From: a virus
Strand: one strand, 5' to 3'
Length of the DNA stretch: 64,000 nt
Virus record (IMG/VR): IMGVR_UViG_3300024346_010589
Coordinates: 18,064 to 82,063 of that record
This document shows positions 37,058-47,608 of the stretch, piece after piece; within the stretch, counting starts at the first letter, position 1, and each line of letters begins with the position of its first letter. The notes beneath the pieces were generated by a model. It worked only from the letters and a program-made list of their open reading frames with translations, had not been told where the DNA came from and made no database searches. The translations under genes were made by a program, and so were the position numbers.

Positions 37058-37771
37058 TTACACTAACGATGGATGTCTGTACACTTCTTTTATTTTTGCT
37101 TGCCAGCGTTCGTCCAATAACTCTCTCCTGGATAAAATACCAGTGGCCTGATGCAAGAAGTAATCATCTCCACAATATATACCAACATGATATCTAAAAT
37201 TTTTCTTTACTTGAAATAATATCACATCATGTTTTTGTAATTTTTTATCTTCTATTTTTTCTAAATTATTATTTAATATATTTATTAATAGTTTATTTGC
37301 ATCTTTATCTTCTTGTGGAAGCCAATAGTTTTCATTCCATTTAGATATGTTTATGTTTAGTTCTTTTTTGAAATAGTCTTTGAACATACAAGTGCATTCA
37401 AAGAAACCCTTGATGTAAGGTTTCCCAGTAAGCTTTTCTGGCTCATAGCTTTCGGGGTAATAAAGAAAAAACTTCTTGGTTATTACGCTGTAAATTAAAT
37501 AAGGAATACCCATCTCCTCAGACATGGCTATATCTGGCGGAGAAGGCTTCTCGTTGCTCCTTGGATGAGAGTGGTATATTCCTACTATTGTTTTGTCTAT
37601 AGAATGTTTTATGAAGCTTTTTGGCGATATTGTAAAGCAATCTCTTGGCGCCGAATGTTCGTTTATTGCGGGCTCAACTGATACAGTTAAATCTTTATGA
37701 AGCAAAATAAATCCACACACCTCTTCCTCTGGATTACTCTCCGCATGAACTATGACTTCTCTCTCAAACAT
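37058..37771 (-). CDS. Tail tip assembly protein K-like (JAB/MPN plus NlpC/P60)
   Basis: EEVCG, YHSHP..PSPPD, GFFEC and YHVGIY..FLHQ. Confidence 0.9.
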   Translation of the reverse strand: MFEREVIVHAESNPEEEVCGFILLHKDLTVSVEPAINEHSAPRDCFTISPKSFIKHSIDKTIVGIYHSHPRSNEKPSPPDIAMSEEMGIPYLIYSVITKKFFLYYPESYEPEKLTGKPYIKGFFECTCMFKDYFKKELNINISKWNENYWLPQEDKDANKLLINILNNNLEKIEDKKLQKHDVILFQVKKNFRYHVGIYCGDDYFLHQATGILSRRELLDERWQAKIKEVYRHPSLV

Positions 37772-38806
37772 TTACTTAAACTCATAAGGGTCAACTCCGG
37801 GAAAACCTCCAAAAGGAAGACCTTCCTCGGATTCGGTCCAGAACTGATCCTTACCTTCTGGGTTCTCTGTGATTCTTTTTCCGCCTCCAGCTCCTGTAGC
37901 TAAATCTGAGAATCTAAGTCTGCATCCGCATAAACTTCTATCGCAATCATCTAAAACCCAATTTTCTGTATCGTAAATAGGGTTCGACCTAACACCATCA
38001 TTCAGGCAAACATAAATATCAATAGGATTCAATGAAGAATCATGGTCGTAAGGAACCAGCTTAACGGTATCTCCCTTGGAATAAGTAGAAGTTATAGACC
38101 AATCTGGATAAACATTTCCTTCCTCAAATTTAGCAAACTCTTCGGTTTTAAATTCGCCGCTAAAATATACTTCAGACCCAACCATATCTTCATTATAACC
38201 GCTTGGCACAAACCTTTTATTCTTACCGTTCGATATTGGCTTACCTTTATACCCACAACCTATATCTCCTCTGTATTGCCAAGGACAACTATTAGAGTAT
38301 ACTGTCCTGGCTGGCACGCTTGCGTTCTGCAACTCAAGCAGTGAAACCAATTCGAACTCTACTATATTATCATCTTCTTTTGTTTTTTGATTAACAAAGA
38401 AAACATCTTCACCAAAAGCCGCATCAGGATCAGGTTCGGCGTGAGGATTAAAATTATTAGGAAAATTAACTGCATCTAAATATTTAACAAATGTTTTTAT
38501 TCTGGTGACTTTATAATTAATAAAATCTTCAAAGTGATTCAGGCGCAATGAGATTACTCCTTGATGATTTGTGAATGTTAATTTAGGTCTGGGCAATCTG
38601 CCATCTCCTTGAACCTCAAATCCGTCAGCCTTTATGGGAAAGAAGTCGTACTCCTGGCTATTGAATACTAGCTTATTTTTATATCCATTTTCTCCAGCAT
38701 GAAATAAATACTGACCTTTCCCTTTTAAATCTATCTTATACAAACATATAATAGCAGAAGGATCCAGCTCGAATAAAGCTTTAATATTTTTACCTGTATC
38801 TTTCAT
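37772..38806 (-). CDS. Minor tail protein L-like (4-Cys Fe-S motif)
   Basis: FFPIKADGFE..GRLPRPKLT, RIKTFVKYLD, CPWQYRG..CGY, CDRSLCGCRLRF and LPFGGFPG. Confidence 0.92.
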   Translation of the reverse strand: MKDTGKNIKALFELDPSAIICLYKIDLKGKGQYLFHAGENGYKNKLVFNSQEYDFFPIKADGFEVQGDGRLPRPKLTFTNHQGVISLRLNHFEDFINYKVTRIKTFVKYLDAVNFPNNFNPHAEPDPDAAFGEDVFFVNQKTKEDDNIVEFELVSLLELQNASVPARTVYSNSCPWQYRGDIGCGYKGKPISNGKNKRFVPSGYNEDMVGSEVYFSGEFKTEEFAKFEEGNVYPDWSITSTYSKGDTVKLVPYDHDSSLNPIDIYVCLNDGVRSNPIYDTENWVLDDCDRSLCGCRLRFSDLATGAGGGKRITENPEGKDQFWTESEEGLPFGGFPGVDPYEFK

Positions 38807-38824
38807 ATATATATTATAAATTAA

Positions 38825-39970
38825 TTAATCAATAAAATCAGCAATATTAATATTATTTTGTAAATTGTATGAATAAGTTGTTCTTGGAGGAGATGCGTAT
38901 ATTTTTGTTATCTCTTTTGTTTGCTTTACTACTGGAAGGTATGCTAGTTCAGATCTTAGCGCCCTTACGTTTTCCGAAAATAAACTTTTACCACCAAGAC
39001 CAATATACCAATTCATCCCCTCGCTACTACTAAAACTAGTATTAGATAATATATTTATATCATCAGAAGCTCCAAAATAATAAAAACAATAGAATATATG
39101 ATTCTTTAATGTTTCTGGATCTCTTGAGCTTAATTGTATGCTTTCATTATCTATATAATTTCCCCACAAATTTCTTTTTAACTTGTTGTACCAATTTTTT
39201 TCTAAATAATCCTGCATCTCTTGAATAAAAACTTCATCTCTGTTTTGTCCGTTTTTGAATATAGAATCTACGTTGGAGTTTTGGTTTATCTCAAACATGC
39301 TGTTCCACTCTTTTAAAGTTTCACCCTTGCTCGCTGAAGATGTTGTTTTTGTTTTTATTAAGTCTGGTAATAACAAGCTACCAGGCCCGTTGGAATCCCC
39401 GCTTATGAAATCCCTTTTTATATCCATTGTGAAAATGCATCCCTCAAGTGACGAAGCGTAAATATCAAAAGATCCAGTTGAGCTTATTTCTTTATTTTTT
39501 ATATTCACAAAAGGCATATTACCCTTGAGAGAATATACGTTTGAAACCTTCATTATTCCCTGAGGGCTCCACTCATCATCATACAAGTCTTCTAATACAA
39601 GCGATCCAGATTTCAAATATTCGTTATTACTTAATTCTGACTTTTCCGTCAACGAATCTAGTTTTCCTGTCTCAACCTCTTCTGAATTAGAAAGAGAACA
39701 TACTGAATCCCCAGGAATCCACGCAAAACCTGAAGGGTAACCAATTTTTTGATTTTCTGATGCGCTTAGTTCAACAGTTTCTTCGGAAATATATTTAACT
39801 CTCTCAACTTTCCATGCGTAATCAGAAGTGGAGCTATACTGAATTACCCCAGATATTCCACTATTATATATTCGTATATTCGAACTTGTCCCAGCGTCCA
39901 TCGCAACATGCATTCTTACATAATCATTACTTGGGTCGTTGTCACCAGAGGACATACTGTAAATATTCAT
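38825..39970 (-). CDS. Hypothetical tail-region protein
   Basis: 381-aa ORF coupled within the tail operon. Confidence 0.6.
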   Translation of the reverse strand: MNIYSMSSGDNDPSNDYVRMHVAMDAGTSSNIRIYNSGISGVIQYSSTSDYAWKVERVKYISEETVELSASENQKIGYPSGFAWIPGDSVCSLSNSEEVETGKLDSLTEKSELSNNEYLKSGSLVLEDLYDDEWSPQGIMKVSNVYSLKGNMPFVNIKNKEISSTGSFDIYASSLEGCIFTMDIKRDFISGDSNGPGSLLLPDLIKTKTTSSASKGETLKEWNSMFEINQNSNVDSIFKNGQNRDEVFIQEMQDYLEKNWYNKLKRNLWGNYIDNESIQLSSRDPETLKNHIFYCFYYFGASDDINILSNTSFSSSEGMNWYIGLGGKSLFSENVRALRSELAYLPVVKQTKEITKIYASPPRTTYSYNLQNNINIADFID

Positions 39971-41352
39971 ATCGTCTCTTTCATTGGGTAGTTGTTAAAA
40001 TCTCCACTATTGACAATAAACATTCTTACATCTTTTGCTTGTCCTGGAATAATTTCTGCGTTAAAAAATACAGCTTGATTACTTACGTCTCCAGCGTTCT
40101 CAACTGGTTCGTTTTTGATAATCATTCCCGTCCAATTATAGCCATCAAGTTGCACTTCAGAGGTATTATTACTTGCGTAAGAAACTTGAATCTTCTTGTC
40201 TCCATAACTCACTTGCGTTGTGGGTAACGAGGATTGCAGTAAATTGTTTATGTCATTATCCTGGCCTGCATCTATAACCCCCTGCACTAAGGAGTGAAAA
40301 ACGCCTAGAGCTCCAGATATTCCTAGGTCCCCATAAGCTTCATACCAATTAGGTTGCATATTATTCAACATTGCTGCGTAAGCTAAAGAAGAGTCCTTTA
40401 ATCCTTGGTAAATATTCTGAACCGTCACTACATCAGTAGTGTTAATCTCTATCGTTTTCTTTTTGCTTAAAAAATAGTCATTCTGTATTTTTTTTAATAC
40501 TGAAAAGTCGGGCTCTATAAAGTTTTCGTCATTATTCAAGAAGTCCCTATCAACCGGCTCGCAGATAAATTCTCCCTCTAATTTAAACTTTGGCGAACAA
40601 TAAGAAGATATAGCTTTTGAGTTATACTTTACCGCTACATTTTCTTCACCTTTCTCTTCAAAATACTGGGCATCTTCAGTGTATGATTCAAATAATGACT
40701 CCCTGACTTGATAGTTATCATCACCAGACTCCTGAAACCACTGAGCTGCAGGATTAAAAGATTTCTCCGCATCATTCAATAGAACCAAATCGCAATGCTC
40801 ATTTTCCTCCCACCATAAAATAGAAGTATTTGGGTCCTCCACACAGTTCAATACCTCAAAGCCCGGAAGTATTGAAACGTTAGACTCAAACTTATCTCCA
40901 GTTCTATTCTCATAAGTTCCCGCTTTTCCACTTATAAGCTCGGAATATAAAGGATGAAAAAAAGTATTTATGTTTACTCTTTGGAATGGTTCGACAGTAA
41001 AAGGAAGTTCTTGAGTGTTACCAGTATTATATTCTGCGTAGCCTGAATATTCCGGGTAATTAAATATAGAAAACCTCAACGGGTCTTCGTTTTTAAATCC
41101 CGTTATAGTTAAAGGAAGACTACAGGTATTAATTATGGTTACAAATTTTCCGCTATCCACGGTAATTCTATCAAGCTTACTACAATCAAAGTCAGTAATT
41201 GGCAAACAATCTCCTTCTGGGATTATTCTTTTTGATCCTTCTGTCAGTATATACTTTCTGCCCAACTCATCTATTAAAAAGTCACACCCAGCAAGCACCG
41301 ACGTTCCGGTTTCCGAAAGGCACACTCCAGACTCTTCACTTATGAAACTCAT
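39967..41352 (-). CDS. Tail-region protein with an Ig-like (ASH-type) domain
   Basis: VTIINTCSLPLTITG..LPFTVEP..INTFFHP. The start is moved to 41352 because of its ATGA overlap with the upstream stop. Confidence 0.6.
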   Translation of the reverse strand: MSFISEESGVCLSETGTSVLAGCDFLIDELGRKYILTEGSKRIIPEGDCLPITDFDCSKLDRITVDSGKFVTIINTCSLPLTITGFKNEDPLRFSIFNYPEYSGYAEYNTGNTQELPFTVEPFQRVNINTFFHPLYSELISGKAGTYENRTGDKFESNVSILPGFEVLNCVEDPNTSILWWEENEHCDLVLLNDAEKSFNPAAQWFQESGDDNYQVRESLFESYTEDAQYFEEKGEENVAVKYNSKAISSYCSPKFKLEGEFICEPVDRDFLNNDENFIEPDFSVLKKIQNDYFLSKKKTIEINTTDVVTVQNIYQGLKDSSLAYAAMLNNMQPNWYEAYGDLGISGALGVFHSLVQGVIDAGQDNDINNLLQSSLPTTQVSYGDKKIQVSYASNNTSEVQLDGYNWTGMIIKNEPVENAGDVSNQAVFFNAEIIPGQAKDVRMFIVNSGDFNNYPMKETI

Positions 41353-44300
41353 GGGCAATACTGCAAGCCCCATACGAGACTATAGTAACACTCAGCGGTG
41401 TCTGGCGTTAAAGTTATGCTTGTATGCTCCCCCGGAAACTGCAGGACTCCAAAAGCCTCCGGCCCCTTGAAGCTAAAGTCTGTATCAACAACTATAGTGG
41501 AATGGTCAGCTGATTTTGCTCCTCCCGAATAATCGACAACTTTGGTGCTTGTTTTTATAGTTACGCTTAAACCAGGGTTTCCCAAACTATACACAGCCAA
41601 AAGAGGATTTCTTATTGGTTGAGAAAATGTATATGTTTGAGCTGAAGCTATGTTGCACATCTTGAAAGAATTACCCCCTGATGTCGGCGGCTTATCTGCG
41701 AAATCCCTTAAAGCCCAAGGGTGGTATGTTGGGGCGATAGGTAACTTAGGGCTACTATCAAAAGAAACTTTTCCATATTCTGGGTGGTCTATAATCAGAT
41801 TTGAATTCATCCATACGCTCTCACAATCAGTTGGGTCGCTATTATCCTTAGTGTCAGAATCACCTAAAGACTCCTTGCTTGATGGAATGATTATTTCAAA
41901 ATCATAATTAGCATAACAGTCCATCTCCTTCATTGTCTCGTCGTCTGAATTGATAAAGAGTTGAACTTTTTCGGAAAAGTCGCTCAACTTATTAGTTTTT
42001 ACTCCAAAAAATAAATCAAGTTTTTCACCAGGCTTTATTGCTGGTAAATGGGAATAATCTCCCCTGTATCCATTACTAGAGGTAACGTTTCCTATATTGT
42101 AGTCTGTTATCTGTAAGCCTGAATCTGCCTTAAATACTCTTATCGGCATACCTTTAAATGCAACACCTGTATTCTTAACTCCGTTTGTTAAATTTGAGTT
42201 TGCGGCCCACCCTCCATTTATGTTTTCTACTATCCCTTGTCTTGACACTTCGTATTGGGTATTAAATGAAGTCCACAATATATTTGAAGCCTTAGGGTCG
42301 TCTGAAAATAAATCTTGATTGTCCGAGTCGCCAAAGTATTGGCCGCCGTAACCTTTCACTATTGACCCTAATCCCTGATCTGGCTGCGTGAAAGTTAAAT
42401 CCCTAACGTTTCCTCCTTTGGGTATACCTTCTTTTAATATTTCAGTAGTGTATTTTAATGCGGTGTTTTGGCCTTCGATATTAATTAATGTGTTTTTTAG
42501 TTTTACATCGTGAGGGCCACAATTATATAGAACTATCGATAATACGTTCTGATAACCATTATCATTGGTGAGCATTTCTACAACTTTTATCAAGTCCATT
42601 ATCCTAGTTACTTCTCCATTTAAGTCACCCCCTTGCGTTATGGGAAAAAAGAACTGAGGAGTCTTGCCTGGCGGCTCTAAGTATGGCGCCGGCTTATCAT
42701 AATCATAAACATAATTTGGAGCGTAGTCAGACAATTGTCCAGGTACGCCTACCCTAGCAAACATAAACACCGTTGGCATTTCCTCTTTATACCATGCGGG
42801 ATTATCTTTGCCCAGGTCAGGATTATTATAAGCTGACTTTCCGCCATCCCTTTCTTTAAATTTATATTGCTCCATCTTGGCATATGGATTTTGAGATTGA
42901 TAACCATACTTTTTAAGCGTCTCGTCAGATGGTCTTCTGACCGCCAAGTCTCCTCCTTTTCTTAATTCAGCGCACATGTCAAGAGTATATTGGCTATAAA
43001 ATTTATTATAGTCGTGACTTGCCCCCTTTAGGGGCATGGTGGCGTCAGCGGTTGTAAAAACTCCATCGCTTAGCATTACAACTATTCTATCTGTCACATG
43101 TTCGGCTCGTGGGCTATTATAAAACTGAGCCAAGGCCTGGCTAACTGCTCTAGGTGAATCTTCCAATAGTGGGTCGTTAGGATCTTTTATGTCTATGCTC
43201 TTATAAGATTGCACTTTATCAAATGAGCTTGGGTAATCTGAAACATCCTGAATTACCTGCCTTGTATCCGCCATCAGTATAAAACCAAGATTAACTCTTT
43301 TTTGGTCTATTTTTATTTTAAATCTATCTAGGTTTTCTAAATTGTAATCATTATTTTCCAGTTCTTCCTGTAACTCTTTTAGCGGGTCATATAATTTAGA
43401 AATTAAACTATTTAAAACTTGATCGTCTGCTGGCCAAGGAGGAACAGTATCGTCTCCACTCCTGGACCCAAAGCTTAATGGTGGAGCGCTGAACTCACCA
43501 TTGTATGATTCGGTTCCAGGCATGACATAACTATCGTGAGCTGTTATCATTTTTAAAACCACATCTATACATACCTGATACTTTGTTTTGGTGACGCCAT
43601 TCGTCTCCATAGAGGCAAATGTCATGCTCCCCGTCGTGTCAACTATAAAAACTAAATCAACAGCTTTAGATTTTGCAGTTTTCGAGTCTTGATCAAGGTC
43701 AAAACCAGCACCCTTTGCAGCCATCAATTGAGAAGAAAAAGTGCAAAGCTCATGGGTCGTTATTGGATCATATATTTCTGCTCCATAACAGGGTTTATCT
43801 TCATCTCTTCCTATTCCAAAAACATTCCTTAGATCCTCCTCTATTGAAGTTGTGGACTCTATAAATGTCGCAGATATTGTGTGATTATTTTTGTATATTA
43901 TATCGTGCCCCCAACTAGGACAATAGAAGCTCGAAATATAAGGCCTGCTTGGCGAAGTGATGTAACTTCCATCCTTTAGATATGGGCGCGGCATTTGAAA
44001 CCTAAACTTCTTGTAACCAAGATGACTCTCAAGGAACTGCAATATTTCAGACGCTTCTTCGTCACTTCTTTGTTCAAATGTCAAATTAAAAGTTGATAAG
44101 TTTCCGTTAATACCCCTTTTGAATTTTTTGTTGTAGTATTTTAGAAAACTTGACTGAATATTATCGGGCGTCTGCTCTAAGCTAAATGCCAAACTTGGCT
44201 TGTGGTCAAAGTTCCTGACCTCCAACCATGGATATTTAGGTATTTCATTCGGGTCTTTTAAGTAAATACTACTCCTGCCCTGAACCGCAGACACAAGCAA

Positions 44301-46409
44301 CCAGAAATCATCCTTCGCTTCTAGTGTAAAATTCTCTAAAGGCGTAAAGATTACGTACAGGCTTTCTGCGTCTATGTCTGAGTCTATCTGCATCCTTCTG
44401 TAGTTTTTAAGATAAACCTGCCTTTTTCTGGGTGCCCCGGTTGCTGGATCTATTACCTCTGACGGTATATTCGAAACATGCTCTGGTAAAAGAACCTTAC
44501 TGAACATACAATCCTCTGGGCAGACTTGCATCTTCTTCATCATGATATTTCCGCTTATTATGAAATCTTCACCCCTTATTGTTATGAACTCTTCTGTAGT
44601 CTCCTCAAAGTATTGAGCTCCATCCTCTGATTCGAATAGTTCATTTCTTGGAGTTATTCTATCTACATCAGTTGGTCTCCATAATTGATCTGCCAAGTCA
44701 GTGGTGAGCAGCTCTTGCTGCCTAGGTTCTAATTCACTTTCACCGACTTCGTCAAACCATTGCACAGAAGTGTTCTCTCCGGCAGAAGATGTTGCTCTCA
44801 AGTTTGCAACGTCGGACTCATCTCCTTCTTCAAGTATTGGCCAAAAAGCGTATTGGTTTTTTGATATTTTTTTCTTTATCTTTGTTTTTCCAACGTTAAA
44901 AATAGAGTTCTTTGGATCTGCAACTGTTATGTAAACGCAATCTTCTTCTTCTACATCTACATCATCAGTAAAAGTTATTATTCCCCCGGTTATTGGAGCC
45001 AAAGGGTCTTCCGGATACCTTTTGATTGTTTTTATTTTATTGGTATCAATTGTTATAACCCCATCTCCTTCTTCCAAGGTGAAGGTGTTTAATTTTATTT
45101 GCTCGCCCTTTTTGAAGTGAGTAGTTTCATCTATGAATATAGGTATCAGTGCATCAATTCTTTTGTTGTAACCAGCGTGACTCTCCACGCTTGACAGAGA
45201 GCTTTCTGTATTGCATATAAACTTAGCATTTACATTATTATTATTCCTATAAGAAATAGTATGGTTAAATTGAGTACAAGTATATTTTAAGTCGCTCCTG
45301 TATGGGTACGAAAACTCAAAGTTGAACGCCGATATCTCGCTTGACAATAACCTGTCGCCCTTATAATCGAGGCTAAAAATTGACTCGTATGCAAATGATT
45401 TTTCCTGCAAGAAGTGGACAATAGCTCTAGCTTCCTTGTCTGTTCGGTTTCTAAAGTTTAATGTTAATTCCATCGGCAATGCGTTTATTGCCATATTGGT
45501 AACATAATCTTTACCTTCCCCCATTTTTAATTCTTCATTGATTGCTACAAAGTCAGACTTCGCTCCATAGGAAGGCCTCCAAACAAAATCTTGAGTCCAA
45601 TATTCTAATCCGTCTTTACTATTCGGACTATTGTATGAAGTTGACTCGTGATCCTTTATGCAATAAAAGAACTTACTTAAATTTCTTACTGATGGTTTTT
45701 TGAAAATAAATGAACCAGCACTCATTCCATAAACAAATAAAACTAACTGCGCAGAAACAGCCTCATCAGGTATTGAAGTGTTGGCTATATCTAATTGTAC
45801 ATCGTAGTATTCATTATGGTTTAATTCACTAGTCGCCATTAACCTATGAGTATCCCTTAGATTCGGCGCATAAAGCTCAACATCACTTTCATCATAAAAC
45901 TTTATACCAACACCAACTCCAATAGAATCTCCAATATTAACAGATCTATCTTGGTTCTCTGTTATATATGTTTTATAATTATCTATTAAACTAGTAGACT
46001 CATTATCCTTTTTAACATATACATTAATAGAATAACCTAAATTAGGATTAAGTTTAAAAAATTCACTAATGTTTAATTCTTTACTAGTCGATATAGTAAA
46101 ATCTTTATCTTGAGAAAAAACTAAATCATCTATTGATAAAATATCATTTTCTAAATAATAATAATTAGGATTATAATCTACATAAACATACTTTGCTAGA
46201 GTTACATCTTCACCTGTTTGTGCAAAATACTGTACACCCCTACCCGACAAATAAGGATCTTCTACGGGTCTATAAGAGCCAGACTCTGGGTACTCAAAAA
46301 GTTGCTCACTAGATCCAGTTGGTTCGTTGCGGAACACAAGATTTGCATCACCGCTCTGCTGCCACCATTGTACGCAATTAACATCCAATCCTGAATTCGA
46401 TATATCCAT
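41349..46409 (-). CDS. Large minor tail protein with two lambda gpM-like (distal tail) domains, a vWA domain and an Ig-like domain
   Basis: FVWRPSYG..MGEG..IN..LTLNFRNR..EARAIVHFL and FDHKPS..GIN..FNLTFEQR..EILQFLESHLG..FYCPSW..ISATFIE. vWA MIDAS DLVFIVDTTGS..VMLSDG. Confidence 0.8.
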   Translation of the reverse strand: MDISNSGLDVNCVQWWQQSGDANLVFRNEPTGSSEQLFEYPESGSYRPVEDPYLSGRGVQYFAQTGEDVTLAKYVYVDYNPNYYYLENDILSIDDLVFSQDKDFTISTSKELNISEFFKLNPNLGYSINVYVKKDNESTSLIDNYKTYITENQDRSVNIGDSIGVGVGIKFYDESDVELYAPNLRDTHRLMATSELNHNEYYDVQLDIANTSIPDEAVSAQLVLFVYGMSAGSFIFKKPSVRNLSKFFYCIKDHESTSYNSPNSKDGLEYWTQDFVWRPSYGAKSDFVAINEELKMGEGKDYVTNMAINALPMELTLNFRNRTDKEARAIVHFLQEKSFAYESIFSLDYKGDRLLSSEISAFNFEFSYPYRSDLKYTCTQFNHTISYRNNNNVNAKFICNTESSLSSVESHAGYNKRIDALIPIFIDETTHFKKGEQIKLNTFTLEEGDGVITIDTNKIKTIKRYPEDPLAPITGGIITFTDDVDVEEEDCVYITVADPKNSIFNVGKTKIKKKISKNQYAFWPILEEGDESDVANLRATSSAGENTSVQWFDEVGESELEPRQQELLTTDLADQLWRPTDVDRITPRNELFESEDGAQYFEETTEEFITIRGEDFIISGNIMMKKMQVCPEDCMFSKVLLPEHVSNIPSEVIDPATGAPRKRQVYLKNYRRMQIDSDIDAESLYVIFTPLENFTLEAKDDFWLLVSAVQGRSSIYLKDPNEIPKYPWLEVRNFDHKPSLAFSLEQTPDNIQSSFLKYYNKKFKRGINGNLSTFNLTFEQRSDEEASEILQFLESHLGYKKFRFQMPRPYLKDGSYITSPSRPYISSFYCPSWGHDIIYKNNHTISATFIESTTSIEEDLRNVFGIGRDEDKPCYGAEIYDPITTHELCTFSSQLMAAKGAGFDLDQDSKTAKSKAVDLVFIVDTTGSMTFASMETNGVTKTKYQVCIDVVLKMITAHDSYVMPGTESYNGEFSAPPLSFGSRSGDDTVPPWPADDQVLNSLISKLYDPLKELQEELENNDYNLENLDRFKIKIDQKRVNLGFILMADTRQVIQDVSDYPSSFDKVQSYKSIDIKDPNDPLLEDSPRAVSQALAQFYNSPRAEHVTDRIVVMLSDGVFTTADATMPLKGASHDYNKFYSQYTLDMCAELRKGGDLAVRRPSDETLKKYGYQSQNPYAKMEQYKFKERDGGKSAYNNPDLGKDNPAWYKEEMPTVFMFARVGVPGQLSDYAPNYVYDYDKPAPYLEPPGKTPQFFFPITQGGDLNGEVTRIMDLIKVVEMLTNDNGYQNVLSIVLYNCGPHDVKLKNTLINIEGQNTALKYTTEILKEGIPKGGNVRDLTFTQPDQGLGSIVKGYGGQYFGDSDNQDLFSDDPKASNILWTSFNTQYEVSRQGIVENINGGWAANSNLTNGVKNTGVAFKGMPIRVFKADSGLQITDYNIGNVTSSNGYRGDYSHLPAIKPGEKLDLFFGVKTNKLSDFSEKVQLFINSDDETMKEMDCYANYDFEIIIPSSKESLGDSDTKDNSDPTDCESVWMNSNLIIDHPEYGKVSFDSSPKLPIAPTYHPWALRDFADKPPTSGGNSFKMCNIASAQTYTFSQPIRNPLLAVYSLGNPGLSVTIKTSTKVVDYSGGAKSADHSTIVVDTDFSFKGPEAFGVLQFPGEHTSITLTPDTAECYYSLVWGLQYCP

Positions 46410-47608
46410 TATCTATAAGATTGTTTTATTGTTGCGGAACCTTGGAGGAACCCTCCTTCCGACACGCTTAAATTATCCTCTTCAACAACTCCATAATCTT
46501 TTAATTCTTGAGATGGTAAATCTGGATGAACCAAGCTTCCTGCCAACCTAAACTCTTTGAGCAGTCCTTGATTGTTGTCGGTAAATTCTTTACTGAAACC
46601 TATGTCTGATAACTGAACCGTTACATCAGCTCTTTGCCCTGATATTTTTAAAAATGGATCTAACTTTTCTCCTCTTATTCTTATACTGATGTCTATGGCT
46701 TCCTTGGTTACCCTTATTGGCAGCTCTCCTTCGTCGCTCATTTTTCCGCTTAGAGGTATTGGTACTTCTGGGTTTCTTGTGGACGTTATGCTGTATGAAA
46801 AATCTAAAGGATATTCTATTCCGACATCAGAGGCTCCAAGTATTTTTGTATTGATTGCGTGAGGTACGCTTATTTGTTGCTCTTTTAGGCATCCGTAATT
46901 TTCAATTATAGAGTCGGCCAATCCAGACTGGTACAACATTCTTCCATATATATCTAAACTCAAGTTTGATTCGACAACCTGAAAGGGTTGAGCCGAAAAA
47001 GAAAGTTCTCTTAAATACGCGTCTTCAAAAATGTAGTCACCAAAGCATCCGGTTATCTTTGTTTCGTTTACTTGTGGGTAAATATTAGGATCAAGCAAGC
47101 CCGTCAAGTCTGCAAAAGTATGAAGATTTCCAGTGTTCATGTAATAAGTAACATCCAAAGAACCTCTTACTATTCCTCCTGCTGCGTAATTCCTTAAGAC
47201 CTCAACTTCTCCATGCTCTATGTCTTCCTCGTACCTCAATATAGTCTCACCTGTAGACCTTACATTTATATAATAATCACCAGCAGATAAATCTTCAGTC
47301 AAGTAAAGTCCTTGTCCGCCAGGATAAGCAATTTTAGTTCCGCTTAATATATTTTCAACTGATTCTGGAAGTCTTACTCCTGGGCCATTGCGCGGACCCA
47401 TCAAGAAACCCGATTCATGAGCTCCAGTAAAATGTATATCTCCAGTTTGCAATGCGAATGATATATGATAATCCTCTATAAATTTCTTTGCTTGTATTGG
47501 TTGACTAGCAGATAAACCAGCTCTATTAGCAAAAACCATAACTGGCTCTTGACCCTCAGAAGCCATCAACAATGGAACATCTTCGTATCTATAAAAAGGC
47601 TTACTCAT
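46409..47608 (-). CDS. Tail-tube-like or tube-initiator protein (paralogue)
   Basis: Beta-rich with GSLDVTYY, YLRELSFSA and DFSYSITSTRNP; resembles the other tube-like genes; downstream of the TMP. Confidence 0.5.
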   Translation of the reverse strand: MSKPFYRYEDVPLLMASEGQEPVMVFANRAGLSASQPIQAKKFIEDYHISFALQTGDIHFTGAHESGFLMGPRNGPGVRLPESVENILSGTKIAYPGGQGLYLTEDLSAGDYYINVRSTGETILRYEEDIEHGEVEVLRNYAAGGIVRGSLDVTYYMNTGNLHTFADLTGLLDPNIYPQVNETKITGCFGDYIFEDAYLRELSFSAQPFQVVESNLSLDIYGRMLYQSGLADSIIENYGCLKEQQISVPHAINTKILGASDVGIEYPLDFSYSITSTRNPEVPIPLSGKMSDEGELPIRVTKEAIDISIRIRGEKLDPFLKISGQRADVTVQLSDIGFSKEFTDNNQGLLKEFRLAGSLVHPDLPSQELKDYGVVEEDNLSVSEGGFLQGSATIKQSYR

